DNA of 64,000 nucleotides, the filler included, from Stramenopiles sp. TOSAG23-3 (taxonomy: Eukaryota): assembly GCA_900128585.1 (NCBI GenBank). It is 9 parts of 9 records of this genome, joined end to end, with 100 filler letters (N's around TTAATTAATTAA, not from the genome) between each part and the next. Parts side by side here need not be neighbours in the genome. Positions count along the whole stretch, not along the records: positions 7,246 to 14,388 come from LT643199.1; positions 14,489 to 21,629 come from LT643200.1; 7 more parts are not named here. One strand, 5' to 3'. How positions within the stretch are numbered: position 1 is the first letter of the stretch; each line of letters opens with the position of its first letter. The notes beneath the pieces were generated by a model that saw nothing but the letters and a program-made list of their open reading frames with translations, did no database searches and had not been told where the DNA came from. Shown piece by piece: positions 10,401 through 20,761 of this stretch. The translations under genes and the position numbers were made by a program.

Positions 10401-13400
10401 GGCGACGAAACAGCGAAACAGTTGGCGGAACTGCGGTCGAGCAGCACGTCCAAGATGAACGAACACACGAAACGAATAGAGGGTTTAGAGAGGCACGTGT
10501 CCGCGGAGCAGGCAACAATAGAAGAACTAAAGCAGGAACTGAAGGGACAAATAGACGATGCTGCGGCAAAGCAGCAGGAGATTGACTCCAAACTACAGCT
10601 GAGCCTGGAGGAGGGCAGCAAACTAGCGAAGACCCACGAGGCCGCATCGGAGCAGGCGAAGAACGCGATTGCGAAACTGGAGCAGAAGTGCGAAGGGTAC
10701 GCTAAGAATATCAGCGACGTGGAGCAGAAGATGCACGAGCAAACCGTGAAACACAAAGAACGGTCGCTTAAAATGCAGGACGAGCACAAGACGGATCTGG
10801 AAACCATCAAGAAGTCCCATTCGCAGGAATTAAAAAGTAAGAACGATGAAATTAACGCACAATTCCGGTCTCAGAATGAACAGAACAGTGAACACGCGAA
10901 AGCGGTCGACGCGCTAAACTCCTCGCTCCGCACGGCGGAGGCCGAACTGGTACGATCGCAAGCGGCGGAGGAAAACCTACGAATTGCGATGTCTGAGCAG
11001 AAGGAAGCGGTGCAGACCGAACTGATGGGGCGTTTGGAAAATGCTCAGCGGGACGTTCAGCTTGCACAGGAAGAGTGCGGCACAGTGAAAGCACAGAGAG
11101 ACCGGGCCCAGGGCGATCTTGCAAAATCTCAGCACAGCCTTGCAGTACTGCAGGGCGCGCAGAAGGCCCTTGTGGAGCAGATGAAAGAACTTCAAGGGGT
11201 GAAGGAAGCGCTGCAAACGTCGAACGAAAAGGTCCAAGTGCTGGAGACCCGGCTGGAAGAAAAGGTAGGGGAAGCAAAGATGGAGAAAGACCGGGCCGTT
11301 CGGGCGGAGGAAATGCTGAAAACGGAAAAAAACGATTTTCAGATCCAGCTGCAGAGCCGCGCCGAGAGCGCGAAAGAAGAGCTGGACCTGGAGCGAAAGC
11401 AAGGAAAGGAGAACATTGCAAAGTTGGAGAACAAAATAGTCCAACTGAACACACAATTTGACAATGCGAAGGCGTTGCACGCGATCGACATCAAGGAGCT
11501 GAAGGAGTCGTTGGCGGCGAAAGGGAAGGAACACATCGACCTGGTGAAAACGAGCAAAAGCGATGCCGCTGCTCTCCAAGAGAAATTGGAGGCTGAGCGC
11601 GCAAGTGCAAACGAGCGCACGGACACACTCCGCGCGTCCGTCCAATCGTTGGAAACCAAAATCAGCGAACTTATCCTGAAGCACAGCGAAGACCGGAATT
11701 CCTGGGCCATGACGTCGAAGATTGAACAGTCCTACGCGATCGAGGAGGAGGAGAAGAAGCGATCGGAAGAGGTGCGGCGCTTGAAAGAAGAGCACGCGAC
11801 GAACCTCGCCACTGTTCGGGAAAAATTAAACGTGCAGAAGCAGGAGGCCCTGAACACCTGCATGCAAACGACGATGGGCGAAATGCAGAAAGCCCTGAAG
11901 GAAGCGTCGCAGGACAAAGAGGAGGCCGTCCTGAAAGTTCGCAACGAGTGGAAAGACAAGAACGCTGAGATTGTGCTGAAGCACTCCGAGGAGGTGCAGC
12001 AATTGAAGGGGGACTTTGCAGAAAAAGAAGCCGGACTGGAGAAAGAAATCTCGGTCCAAAAAGCTGAGCTGACCGCTTTTGGGCAGAAAGTACTGGAGCT
12101 GGAGACGAACGTGTCCAGCTCCCTCCGTGACCACGAGAAAGCCGCAGAGAATTTGGAAGCAAAGATGGCGTCCGAAAGAGAAGAATCAAGAAGGAAGCTG
12201 TCGTCCCTGGAAGAAAACCTGCAACAGGCCGAAATAAGGTACGGTGAGCAAGCGTCCAAGCATGCCGAGGAGCGGGAAAGGTGGTCCGCCCAGTCCGCGG
12301 CTGATCTGGAGAAGAGCGTTGAGGACGAGGCTGCGAAGAGGGAAAAGTGCATTTCCGACATGCGGGAAGAAAAGTCTCGGGCGCTCCTCGAACTGCGAGA
12401 GCAGCTGAGTGCGGAGAAGCAGCGCGCGATCAACACGTGCATGGAGACCACCATGGAGGAAATGCAGAAGGCCCTTCGGAAAGCGGCGGCGCAGAAAGAG
12501 GAGGCGCTGGAAAAGGTTCGCTTGGAGTGGCGAAGCAACTTGGCCGAACAGGCGAGGGTATCGAAGGCGGAGCTGGAACGAAGAATCGCACTATGCAGCG
12601 AAGAAACGGGGAAGGAGATAGCAAATGTTCGGGGAGAAGCTGCGGACGAGCTGAAGCGTCGGCTGGAACAACAGGGCGAAGAGCTGCGCCTGGAACGCGA
12701 ACGGGACGCGTTCGAGATCGAAGCCCGACACGAGGCCGAGATGGAAGTCCAAGAGCGGGAAATCCGAGAACAGCTCACGGACGAGTTCAAGCTCCAGCAG
12801 ACGTCCAGCTCGAACCAGACGAAACAGATGCTGTTCAAGCTCGGGCATGCAGACGCCAGCCGAAGGACCCAGGAGAGGGCGTCCGCGCAGAAGAAGAAGA
12901 AGAAGTTCTCTTGGCTGCCGTTCGGGCGCCAAAAGGAGAGCCTCGAGTCTTTGGATTCCCCTGGCTACCGCGCCCACGCCAGCTCCGTAAGTGGCGCAGT
13001 CAACGTCGTCATCGGGGGCGAATCGAACCCGTTTGCGGACCCCGACCTGCCAGATAAATACGCCGCGTCGTGCGAGACCGTGGCTGCGCTCATGGTGCAG
13101 GTCCAAGAGCACGCGGAGACGACAATGAAGAAGACGGAGGAGAACGAGAACTTGAAGGGCGAGGTCGACGCGCTTAGGAAGCAGGAGGCCCTGATGCAAA
13201 ACACGATCAACGCGTACAATGCCAAAATGAGCAAGCTGATCCTCGCGAACGACGACGACGAGACGGAGAGAATGAACAAGTTGACCAAATTGGAGAGCTC
13301 TTGCCAGGAGCTTCAATCGCTTGTTCGAACCGCAAACAAGGAAAACCAGCAACTGAAAATGGACTTGGAGCTGTTGGGCATCAAAGGCGCTCGAAAGGAC

Positions 13401-13772
13401 CAGCAAATATACGATCTGGAAGAAGCCTTGAAAGGCAAGTCCACCGAAAGCAGGCAACTTACCCGGGGCGACTCGAAGCAACGGCTGGTTCGACCCCTTC
13501 GGGGTGGTGGGGGGACATCGATCGACAATTCGTCCCCGAAAAGCCTTTCGGGCGGCGGCGGAAGGACCCGGCGGCGATCGTACAGTGGCCATGGGATGGC
13601 CGCGTCGCCGCTGGAGAGGACACGCAGCGACGGGGATGTCATCAGTGCCGGGGGGAGCTCCACCCCGTTTGCTTCGGAAATGATGTCACCCGCAGTCGAA
13701 ACGCCTAGCGCAACCCGCCTGTTCAATGAACAGCGCGGCGACGGCGACGACAACTACAGCCCGGGTATTTAG
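7482..13772 (+). CDS. Kinesin-1-like heavy chain with an extremely long coiled-coil stalk (~2096 aa)
   Basis: Motor motifs RVVCRVRP, GQTGSGKT, NAQSSRSH, DLAGSE and HIPYRDSKLTRLL; neck TLRFGERAKKVKNKAKVN; tail RLVRPLRGGGG resembles the kinesin-1 IAKPLRGG autoinhibitory motif. Confidence 0.93.
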   Translation: MSGAPRTAGRASLGPGVVPPAPSTSNKLLSRAESNWGKVRDVAKTNVKDSGTSVRVVCRVRPMNRKELDMKTTPCVVAKGGTSVVVSEGDANFSDKRRFNFDKVYGSESKQGEVFDFCGKPVVLDVLKGYNGTIFAYGQTGSGKTFTMEGPDVENPETQGMIPRCIDTIFEAIEEADPSLTFTISVSYIEIYLEKIRDLLDPRKDNLKIKKKDTVYIDGATETYISSVDEIMDALHLGATNRATSSTHMNAQSSRSHSVFIVTITQKNEKNGTVIKGKLYLVDLAGSEKIRKTGASGTRLDEAKMINTSLSALGLVIKKLTEEKSTHIPYRDSKLTRLLEESLGGNAKTTLVVCCSPSTFNHDETVSTLRFGERAKKVKNKAKVNQERTSEELMRLLRQAQKAILLLEKRIHVLEKELETYRDGPKPARKKGGDRRQTTGSITPLGTIEDVDGGTSSDEESSSEDAGAPGIAASPEALEKLAAAEAALSELKDEALALKEQLEHYQLKTSELQLQNANMVGEIQALRENVKEGEEKVIIEAEKSRVAIKQSDGLKAHVSALEREKKELQSQFESNRKGNLAMLEATTELEEKLTSAKVELEDREDQLKELESKQREGQVKRDELEKQVREAESKIGHNETLITKLLNEGQEHENSKSALENRLEEASVAKQSLEKNQESERFKYVEELTKLKSELEEKREREKELRDEVERTKNFEEKCNELGRKLEFAERKHESRLSTMQSKHTKSIQEIALRAARAESSIAQLEEKLKGAESDATKKGEEIASLKQAERALQEAHEDAVKEISSKTLLQKQKFEELLQTEKEERRNVAKQAEEKGADLMKLKNAMSERDSRIQALSTELEQSNQTKVTMQVEHTTEKLQLTQEKDALSETAKGLGRKISGLEEKVNEGEVVKAKAKELEESLNALKQTHKSQMEKQDAESKQSIAEVGQKLEVSKANYLLLQEQLKQKTVEGDETAKQLAELRSSSTSKMNEHTKRIEGLERHVSAEQATIEELKQELKGQIDDAAAKQQEIDSKLQLSLEEGSKLAKTHEAASEQAKNAIAKLEQKCEGYAKNISDVEQKMHEQTVKHKERSLKMQDEHKTDLETIKKSHSQELKSKNDEINAQFRSQNEQNSEHAKAVDALNSSLRTAEAELVRSQAAEENLRIAMSEQKEAVQTELMGRLENAQRDVQLAQEECGTVKAQRDRAQGDLAKSQHSLAVLQGAQKALVEQMKELQGVKEALQTSNEKVQVLETRLEEKVGEAKMEKDRAVRAEEMLKTEKNDFQIQLQSRAESAKEELDLERKQGKENIAKLENKIVQLNTQFDNAKALHAIDIKELKESLAAKGKEHIDLVKTSKSDAAALQEKLEAERASANERTDTLRASVQSLETKISELILKHSEDRNSWAMTSKIEQSYAIEEEEKKRSEEVRRLKEEHATNLATVREKLNVQKQEALNTCMQTTMGEMQKALKEASQDKEEAVLKVRNEWKDKNAEIVLKHSEEVQQLKGDFAEKEAGLEKEISVQKAELTAFGQKVLELETNVSSSLRDHEKAAENLEAKMASEREESRRKLSSLEENLQQAEIRYGEQASKHAEERERWSAQSAADLEKSVEDEAAKREKCISDMREEKSRALLELREQLSAEKQRAINTCMETTMEEMQKALRKAAAQKEEALEKVRLEWRSNLAEQARVSKAELERRIALCSEETGKEIANVRGEAADELKRRLEQQGEELRLERERDAFEIEARHEAEMEVQEREIREQLTDEFKLQQTSSSNQTKQMLFKLGHADASRRTQERASAQKKKKKFSWLPFGRQKESLESLDSPGYRAHASSVSGAVNVVIGGESNPFADPDLPDKYAASCETVAALMVQVQEHAETTMKKTEENENLKGEVDALRKQEALMQNTINAYNAKMSKLILANDDDETERMNKLTKLESSCQELQSLVRTANKENQQLKMDLELLGIKGARKDQQIYDLEEALKGKSTESRQLTRGDSKQRLVRPLRGGGGTSIDNSSPKSLSGGGGRTRRRSYSGHGMAASPLERTRSDGDVISAGGSSTPFASEMMSPAVETPSATRLFNEQRGDGDDNYSPGI

Positions 13773-13827
13773 AGAAGAGTTGGAATAGATGTCGATTGTA
13801 CAATATATAAAAAAAAAACTAAAAAAT

Positions 13828-14337
13828 GCGATAGTATGCACCTGTATTGTAAAGCGTTCAGTGTCCTTGGCGCGAAAAAAAATCCTACACGAATTTCAAA
13901 GTATGAAAGGGGATGGCCCTAAAACGACAAATGAAAGGAAGGAAGACGCCTAACTGCATAAGTTTAGACCAAGCCAGTCTTCCTTGCAGAATCCCCGGTC
14001 AATAACGAACGCTTATAAATTGTTTGCCTTCAATTGACTTGGAATTGTGGTTCCAAGGGACAATTTTTTGTGAAATGGACGATGTTACCTAAACGCCACC
14101 CAAACAATCACTTGTTGGTTTGTTAGCGTTGGTAAAATGAACCGCACGGGCATAATTTTGTACATCTCAAACTATTTCTCACCGTTTAATATTGTAAAAG
14201 TTATCTTTTGTTCACAAAGATCTCTTCGTTTGAAATAGTTAACACAAAGTCCTTTCCCAGTTTTCAATTCCGCGCCAAAGATAGTCGTCAATTGCAAATC
14301 GACGGTCTTTGTTTATACTAATGCTGTGTTTATATTG
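13828..14337 (+). repeat. Dispersed ~510-bp non-coding element, copy 1 (426-bp core 13860-14285 between imperfect inverted repeats)
   Basis: Colinear alignment to the reverse complement of 38882-39391; the core is gapless. Confidence 0.9.
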
Positions 14338-14388
14338 AAGTATAATACTATTAACATCTCAATAGCAGAGCAAAGTAGGCGATGATAA

Positions 14389-14488
14389 NNNNNNNNNNNN
14401 NNNNNNNNNNNNNNNNNNNNNNNNNNNNNNNNTTAATTAATTAANNNNNNNNNNNNNNNNNNNNNNNNNNNNNNNNNNNNNNNNNNNN
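14389..14488. other. Artificial contig linker
   Basis: N44-TTAATTAATTAA-N44. Confidence 0.97.
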
Positions 14489-14972
14489 AGTAAAGAAAGT
14501 TAAAGAAAGAAAGAAAAAGCCATTTTGCTTGTAGTCCTCGTAGTTGTAGTAATAAGTACATTCTATATAAAAATATTATACTACTTCATACTACCAGTAC
14601 CAAGGAAATAAGAGGAGGAGAGGGGTTATGAGGAGGTAATAATATAAATAAAAACAACAAACCGGTATTATTTTCTTTATTACACTGATGGGACCGTACC
14701 GGACCGGTTGTGAAGGAGGTGATAGTAGACAAGACTAACTCTACTAGATAATAAATATAATTATTTATTAGAATCGAATTATTCCATCGAACGAAGGGCG
14801 TGGAATAAAAATATTTAGAGATGTGAAAGTTAGATAGGGCACGTAGCATTAGTTTCAATGCATGATTTTTTTCTTTTTCATCTAACCAGACGATCAGCCA
14901 CCACTTTTAAATTTCAGAAGCCAGAGAAAAATTCATTTTCAGTAACCGAGTTGGACTCGAAAGAGCTTTGCA

Positions 14973-15641
14973 ATGGCGAACCGTAGGCCTCGCGCAAACG
15001 GCGCCATCACAGTGAGCATTGATTACTTGTCTGTCGTGCACGGGCAAAATTCAAATAAGAATCTCCGCGCACCACCATCGCCATCGTCTGCAGGCAATGT
15101 ACAGGTAGTAGGACGTCAGTTCGTTTCTATTGCGCCGCCCCATCAGTCGCGGCCCCATCAGCCGCCGCGCCATCAGTCGCCACGCCAGCCTGTTCTCCAA
15201 CGAAGAGCTGAGGCCGCCCCCTTCTCGATATACAACAATTTTGGAGCGTACCGGCCATACCAGGGCGCCGCACCGTACGGAATGATACAACAACAACAGA
15301 TCGGCAGGATACCAAACAATAGTAGGAACCCCGCAGCGATGTACGGCCCTAGACCAGGTACTGCACCTCCGTACCATTACGGTGGCGCAGGCTTCGCGCG
15401 CGTTCCCATTGGGCCTGGGGGCGTCCCCGTTGGGCCTGGGGGCGTCCCCATTGGGCCTGGGGGCGTCCCCATTGGGCCTGGGGGCGTCCCCGCGTCGAGG
15501 GACCCGCGCCTGCCTGCAGGCAACGAATTGCATCTTCCGCGGTACGGCAATTTTACGCACCAGAAAATTGATCCTCCCAAATCGTCAAAACGGCCCGAAC
15601 CTATTAGATTGGGGGAATCGGGCATGTCGAAGGAGCAGCAG

Positions 15642-15715
<74 letters not shown>

Positions 15716-18700
15716 CAAAAAACGAAAGAAGGAAATCGCTCAGAAATCACTGAACGACTCGCATCGCACACCAAGAAGAAATGTAGACGAAGACAAACCG
15801 GGGCGGGAGGTTGCAAACGAGGCACCCAAGGAATCCACTGTCACAATAATGGAATCTGTGACTGCGGACAGCGAGCCTGTTATGATCGAGTTTTCGACAG
15901 ACGCAGAGCTGGACCAGTACATCCCCCGCTCTTCGACACCAAAAGAAAATGGAGCGGGGGAGCAGGCGAGCGAGCCTGTTGCGAGGAGAACCAATGCTTC
16001 CAGCTCCTCGTCAACTTCTGGACGGACAGACTCTCCGAACTATCGCGGCCTAACGAAGGCGTCTGTTTTGAAGCGTCACCGGAACGTCAGTTGGCCCATA
16101 CATGTCATTCGGAAAATGATCAAGTTGCATGAGGCTGGCACATCCTTTGCTGCGATCGCTATTGCGCTGGACAAATCGGAAAAGTACGTTCGGTCCAAAT
16201 TCGATAGAATGCAACAAGAGTTGGGCGACTCTTTGGAAACGGGGGTGACAGACGAGGAGGAAGAGAGCGAGTCAGCCGAGTCCTCAAGCAGCGAAGAGTC
16301 AGAGAGCGAGGACGACGACGACGAGGAGGAGGAGGAGGAAGAGGAGGAGGTACCGAACAGGGCCAAAAAGAGACGGAGGTATGCGGACAGATATTCCCGG
16401 CGCGAAATTTATGAACTATTGAAGAAACGAGCTACATCCAGATTTACACTGCCGATTTTGTGGAAAATGTGCAGACAGAATTTGAATTATCCCCATGTAA
16501 AAGTGTTCTCCAATCTCGCAGCCTCGGTGGGAATACCAGCGGATGTTATGATGGGGAGATGGGATAGCCTACAAATCCAGCTCCCTCGCGCCTGTCGAGA
16601 ATTTCCCGGCACGGGCAGAAAGCTAGGGCAAAAATTTGAAGTGGAGGTGCTGCCCAGGGAGTCTAACCGAGTTTCGTCACGTGCGATTAGTCTGACACCA
16701 CTTGAAGCAAGTGCTGTGCAGAAGTATTTCAACAAAGACAAGTCATACGATTGGATAGCTCGCAAGCTGGGAAAGCCAGAGGCCTCGATACAGCACTTCA
16801 TCAAGGAGAAGATCTCCAAAGACTCCACTTTCTTAACAAACGACAAAGAAGAAAACTTGGAGATTGAAGAGGAACTTGTGCATTCTGATCTTCTGTATGG
16901 TGATGATCGTTATGCTGCGATGTGGGTGCCTACTGAGAAGTTTACGAGAAGCCACATTGAAACCCCAAGGTGGAATTGCGATCAACTCCGAGTGCTGTTA
17001 ACCCACACCAAAAATAATTCAACCGAAGCAGAGCTGTTACAGGCCTTGAGCAAAGTTGGGAAGCCGGTGTCGCTTGCGGGTGCGAAGCAGAAAGTTATGC
17101 GTATTGCAGAAAAGTTCCCCAAAATGTTTCGAGGACAGAACTTGGAGAGCCCGACTGCACCCCTAATACCAGAAGAAACCCATGAAACGTATAAAGTCCC
17201 CAAAGCTGTTTTCTTGGTACTGTCGAAGTATGTAAGCTCCAGGTGGAGCATTGGTGAGCTAAGCCAGGTTTTCAATTTGAGGAAAAGTGGCTATGACTAT
17301 GGCAACATTGCGGTAGAAATGGGCAGAACAGAGAGTGCATGCTTGTCGAAGTGGAGGCGGGTAGTTAAGGAAGAGCCAGATTTGATGGATGAAATCAGCC
17401 AGGCATTAGGCGAAGAGGGCAGCTTTCCTCCAGAAGTATTGCCGGAATCTTCTATCAGTATGACCAACGTCATTGTTGGGAAAAAACGAAATCGAAAACC
17501 AGCGAAGCCATTTGGTGCCCCTGGTATCACTTCAGGGTATGTTAAAAAAAGGGGCGACTCCAACCCGTTACCAGTGCAACCAAGAAATTCGCGTTCTGGG
17601 CCTTCGTCCTCGTCGTCCAAGGCAGAACCTGTAAAAGAGACAGCACCTGTTAAAACGGCAGAGCCTGTTAAAACGGCAGAGCCTGTTAAAAATGCAGAGC
17701 CTGTTAAAAATGCAGAGCCTGTTAAAAAGGCAGGACCTACAGCAGAAAGCAAAGAATTGGTAAAATACATTGGAATGTACGCCGAGTCTCCATTGGAAGT
17801 CGGCCAAATTATACACGCGCGTTTCCGTGGGTGCAAGTACCCAGCCTATCAGGAGCAGTATGAAGCAAAAATTTTGAAGGTTCGTGCCGACGGCAGTGTC
17901 AAGGTTGTTTTCACGGAAGGAAAATGGACTCAGTCGCAGGTGCGCCAGGGGGATATATTGGAGTGTTGTAGGAAAGTTCGTCTCCGTGACTTCAGGGACT
18001 TGGTGGGGGCCTACGTAAGTGTTCCGTACTTGGAAGACGGTTTAAGGACAACATCATTTTCTGGGCTTTATCCTGCCAAGGTTGTATCAGTCGACAGGCA
18101 CCGCAATATTATTAGCGCAGAAGTGGAGTATTACAATGATACTTCAGGTTTCCACCGGGAATTCATACCGCTGGGACAGGTCTATGCAGCAGACGTCGAC
18201 TTATCAAAGGAAAACCCAGTTTCGAACAATGAAAACGCATCCAGTTCAACAGGTTCACCAGAGAGCGAAAATTATGACGATGGAGCGGAAGGCCTACTCG
18301 GTCGGCTTACCCGAGGAATACACATTTGGAGCAAAAGTGATGTAGAAGATTCCGTGTCTCCCCAGTGGCCAGTGGAACTCCTTGTACGGCTTAGCGAATT
18401 ATTAGTAAGTGGAACGACGTATCCAAAATTGTCCAAGCTCCTTAAAAAGTCAAAGCAGGCAATAAATAATAAACTAGCGCGCCTCCGAGAAAAGAGGCCT
18501 CGTTTGTACAATGCGGCGAAAAGCACAGAGAAAAGCACAGAGAACGACGCAGTGAAGGATGCGGTGGACGCTGCAGTGGAGGATGCGGTGGACGCTGCTG
18601 CAGTGGAGGATGCGGTGGACGCTGCTGCAGTGGAGGATGCGGTGGACGCTGCTGCAGCGGAGGATGTGGCGGAAGATGCGGCGACGAAACGCGAGGACGG

Positions 18701-20159
18701 ACCTGAACCAGTTGAGCAGGAAGAAAGCGGATGGACCCGTGGGATAGCAGGGGTGCGAAAGTGGAACGCCGGCGAGTTGGGGCAGCATACATCCCAGCAG
18801 TGGTCTCGAGAGGCAATGCTGAAGCTGAACGAACTGATCCTGTCCGAATCTTCCATTGAAGCTGTGGCAACCCGGCTGAATAAGTCCCCTGCAGCGGTAG
18901 TGAATAAACTTGGTCGAATGAGACGGAAATCGGCCGGTTTATTCAAGCCTTTAGGGGAAGGAGCCGAGCCGGTTGGCTCAGAACAAGATCTCGAGTCCTT
19001 GTGGGATCGTGTAACTGAAGGCATCAGGGTGTGGACTGCTGATGAACTTGAAGTTGTCGAATCACGGAAGTGGCCTACCCGGCATGTCATTGCTATTTCA
19101 CGCGCGGTGGTGCTGCAGCAGCTCACTCTACCACAAATCGCCAAAAAGCTTGGGAGAACACCAGGTGCTATTAAAAGCAAACTAGCACGCATGCGGGAAA
19201 AACAGCCGTCATTGTTCACTGCGCACGGTAGAAAGAAAACCGGCGACATGCAATCTAGGGAGCTTGGAGACAATGTCGAACCCGAGAAACAGCTAGTTTC
19301 AGAGAACCAGCGCCTGCAATGGCTGACTCTGACGGATGGAATGATCCGCTGGACTGGCAAATCTCTGGACAATTTTATTTCTACTGCTTGGCAAAAAGAC
19401 ACGCTTCTTACATTGAACAGGCTGACGTTGCGGAAGAAACCGTTCGAAACGGTAATCAAGGCTGTGAACAAAAGCACTCGTGCGACGTTGAAAAAACTTT
19501 CGCGTATGCAAGAGTCTGTGCTACGGAACGAATTCTTTTCGGGAAAGAAGACCGGGACTTCTAAGAGAGAGCCGGAAGATAAGGTCGAAAAACTTGTCGA
19601 CAGGGGATGGACGCCCCATCAGTTGCACTTGTTGGTGTTGCATTACAAAAACGAAAATGCAGGAAGCCTTCAAAATCTTGCCAAGATCGTGGGAAGGAGC
19701 GCGACTGCATGCATACGTAAGCACAGCCGTTTAGGCGAACTGGAGAAGAAACGGTTGTTAAAGGAAGCGCAACGTGCTGGGGTAACTTTGCCAGGGCAAA
19801 GTAATCCCAAGAAGCGCAAGGCAGAATCCAAGCCTGCTGATGCTTCAGGCTCTGCAGATGAGCCATCCGAGAATGTAGTGTATATTCCAAGAAGGTACAA
19901 AGTAAGAAAAGCAGAGCAGAAACAGCTGGCACCATGCACGGGAAGGACATGGCCCCCGAATTCTGTCTATGTGTTAATCGAGATGTACCGCACGGGTTAC
20001 CCTTACAAATTTATTGCAAAGTCCTTTATGTTGTCAGTATCGGCCGTCGAGGTCAAATTGAGAAGAATTTTTGATATTGTCCCCGGATTTCGATTGGACA
20101 GGACTGAACGGCAGAAGAGATTCATTTCGCTACAACCGCCATCATATCTAAAAAGTTAA
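14973..20159 (+). CDS. Large nuclear protein: Pro/Gln-rich N-terminus, about 11 Myb/SANT-like HTH repeats and a tandem Tudor/Agenet-like pair (1728 aa)
   Basis: Repeated pattern W-x(15-20)-IAxxLG[KR][ST]xxAxxxK (e.g. WSIGELSQVFNLRKSGYDYGNIAVEMGRTESACLSKW). Tudor-like LEVGQIIHARF...YEAKILKV...VKVVF and VGAYVSV...LYPAKVVSV...VEYY. Also a polyQ tract, an acidic tract and basic NLS-like motifs. Confidence 0.75.
15634..15713 (+). repeat. CAG/CAA polyglutamine tract (coding)
   Basis: Visible trinucleotide run. The same CDS has coding minisatellites at ~15409-15490 (21 bp, PIGPGGV), ~17625-17730 (18 bp, AEPVKx) and ~18555-18680 (27 bp, EDAVDAAAV). Confidence 0.9.
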
Positions 20160-20220
20160 AAACAAAAAAAACAAAATGCGTAATATCATACGTCGTTTGA
20201 TTTTTAATAATCTTAAAAAA

Positions 20221-20284
20221 AAAACAAATTATATATAGTATCATATCATATGTTTTAAGACTCTCATTTTAAATCAATTACTAT
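20221..20284 (+). repeat. Short dispersed AT-rich repeat (AAACAAATTATATAGTA..TGTTTTAAGACTCTCATTTTAAATCAATTACTAT)
   Basis: Near-identical to 30861-30912; a 5' part also occurs at 51393-51411. Confidence 0.8.
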
Positions 20285-20494
20285 TTCAAATCCAACCCTG
20301 ATCCTATCTTGATTTTTTAATAAAATCTTATTAAGATCAAACTCAATACCGATCATTATTTCATTGAGCAGTACCACAGACAACGAGCCCCTTTAAAACA
20401 TTTATGCTGCCGCTGTGTACTTTTAACTTGGGGAGGATCTGCAATAGGAGGAGATATTGTTCTTGAACTGACACCTTCTTTTTTCTTTAATTTT

Positions 20495-20560
20495 AAAAAA
20501 CAAGAAAATTGGCTTTAATTTTAATTACTATAAAATAACAGCCAATTTTTCTTGTTTTTA
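20495..20560. repeat. Inverted pair of the motif AAAAACAAGAAAATTGGCTGTTATTT
   Basis: Forward copy 20495-20514 and reverse copy 20532-20560; further copies at 20632, 48982 and 56031. Confidence 0.8.
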
Positions 20561-20761
20561 AATAAAACCTATAGTGAAAAGTCAAAAAGTGTTTGATACG
20601 ACTCTTGTAATAAATATTATAAACTAAATCTAAAAACAAGAAAATTGGCCGTTAGTTTAAGTATATGATAATTAAAATTAATGTGTATCATACGTACTGC
20701 GAACTGATCTCTACTGTTGTTGTGATTTTAGTTTAATCTAAAAAAAAAAAACTTTTCATCC

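Noticed and set aside
7389-13753. Many long antisense ORFs over the kinesin and other large genes
   Set aside because: Expected shadows of GC-rich, codon-biased coiled-coil genes; the translations are low-information Ser/Phe/Leu-rich sequence.
15377-15718. Poly-cysteine ORF
   Set aside because: Antisense shadow of the CAG polyQ tract.
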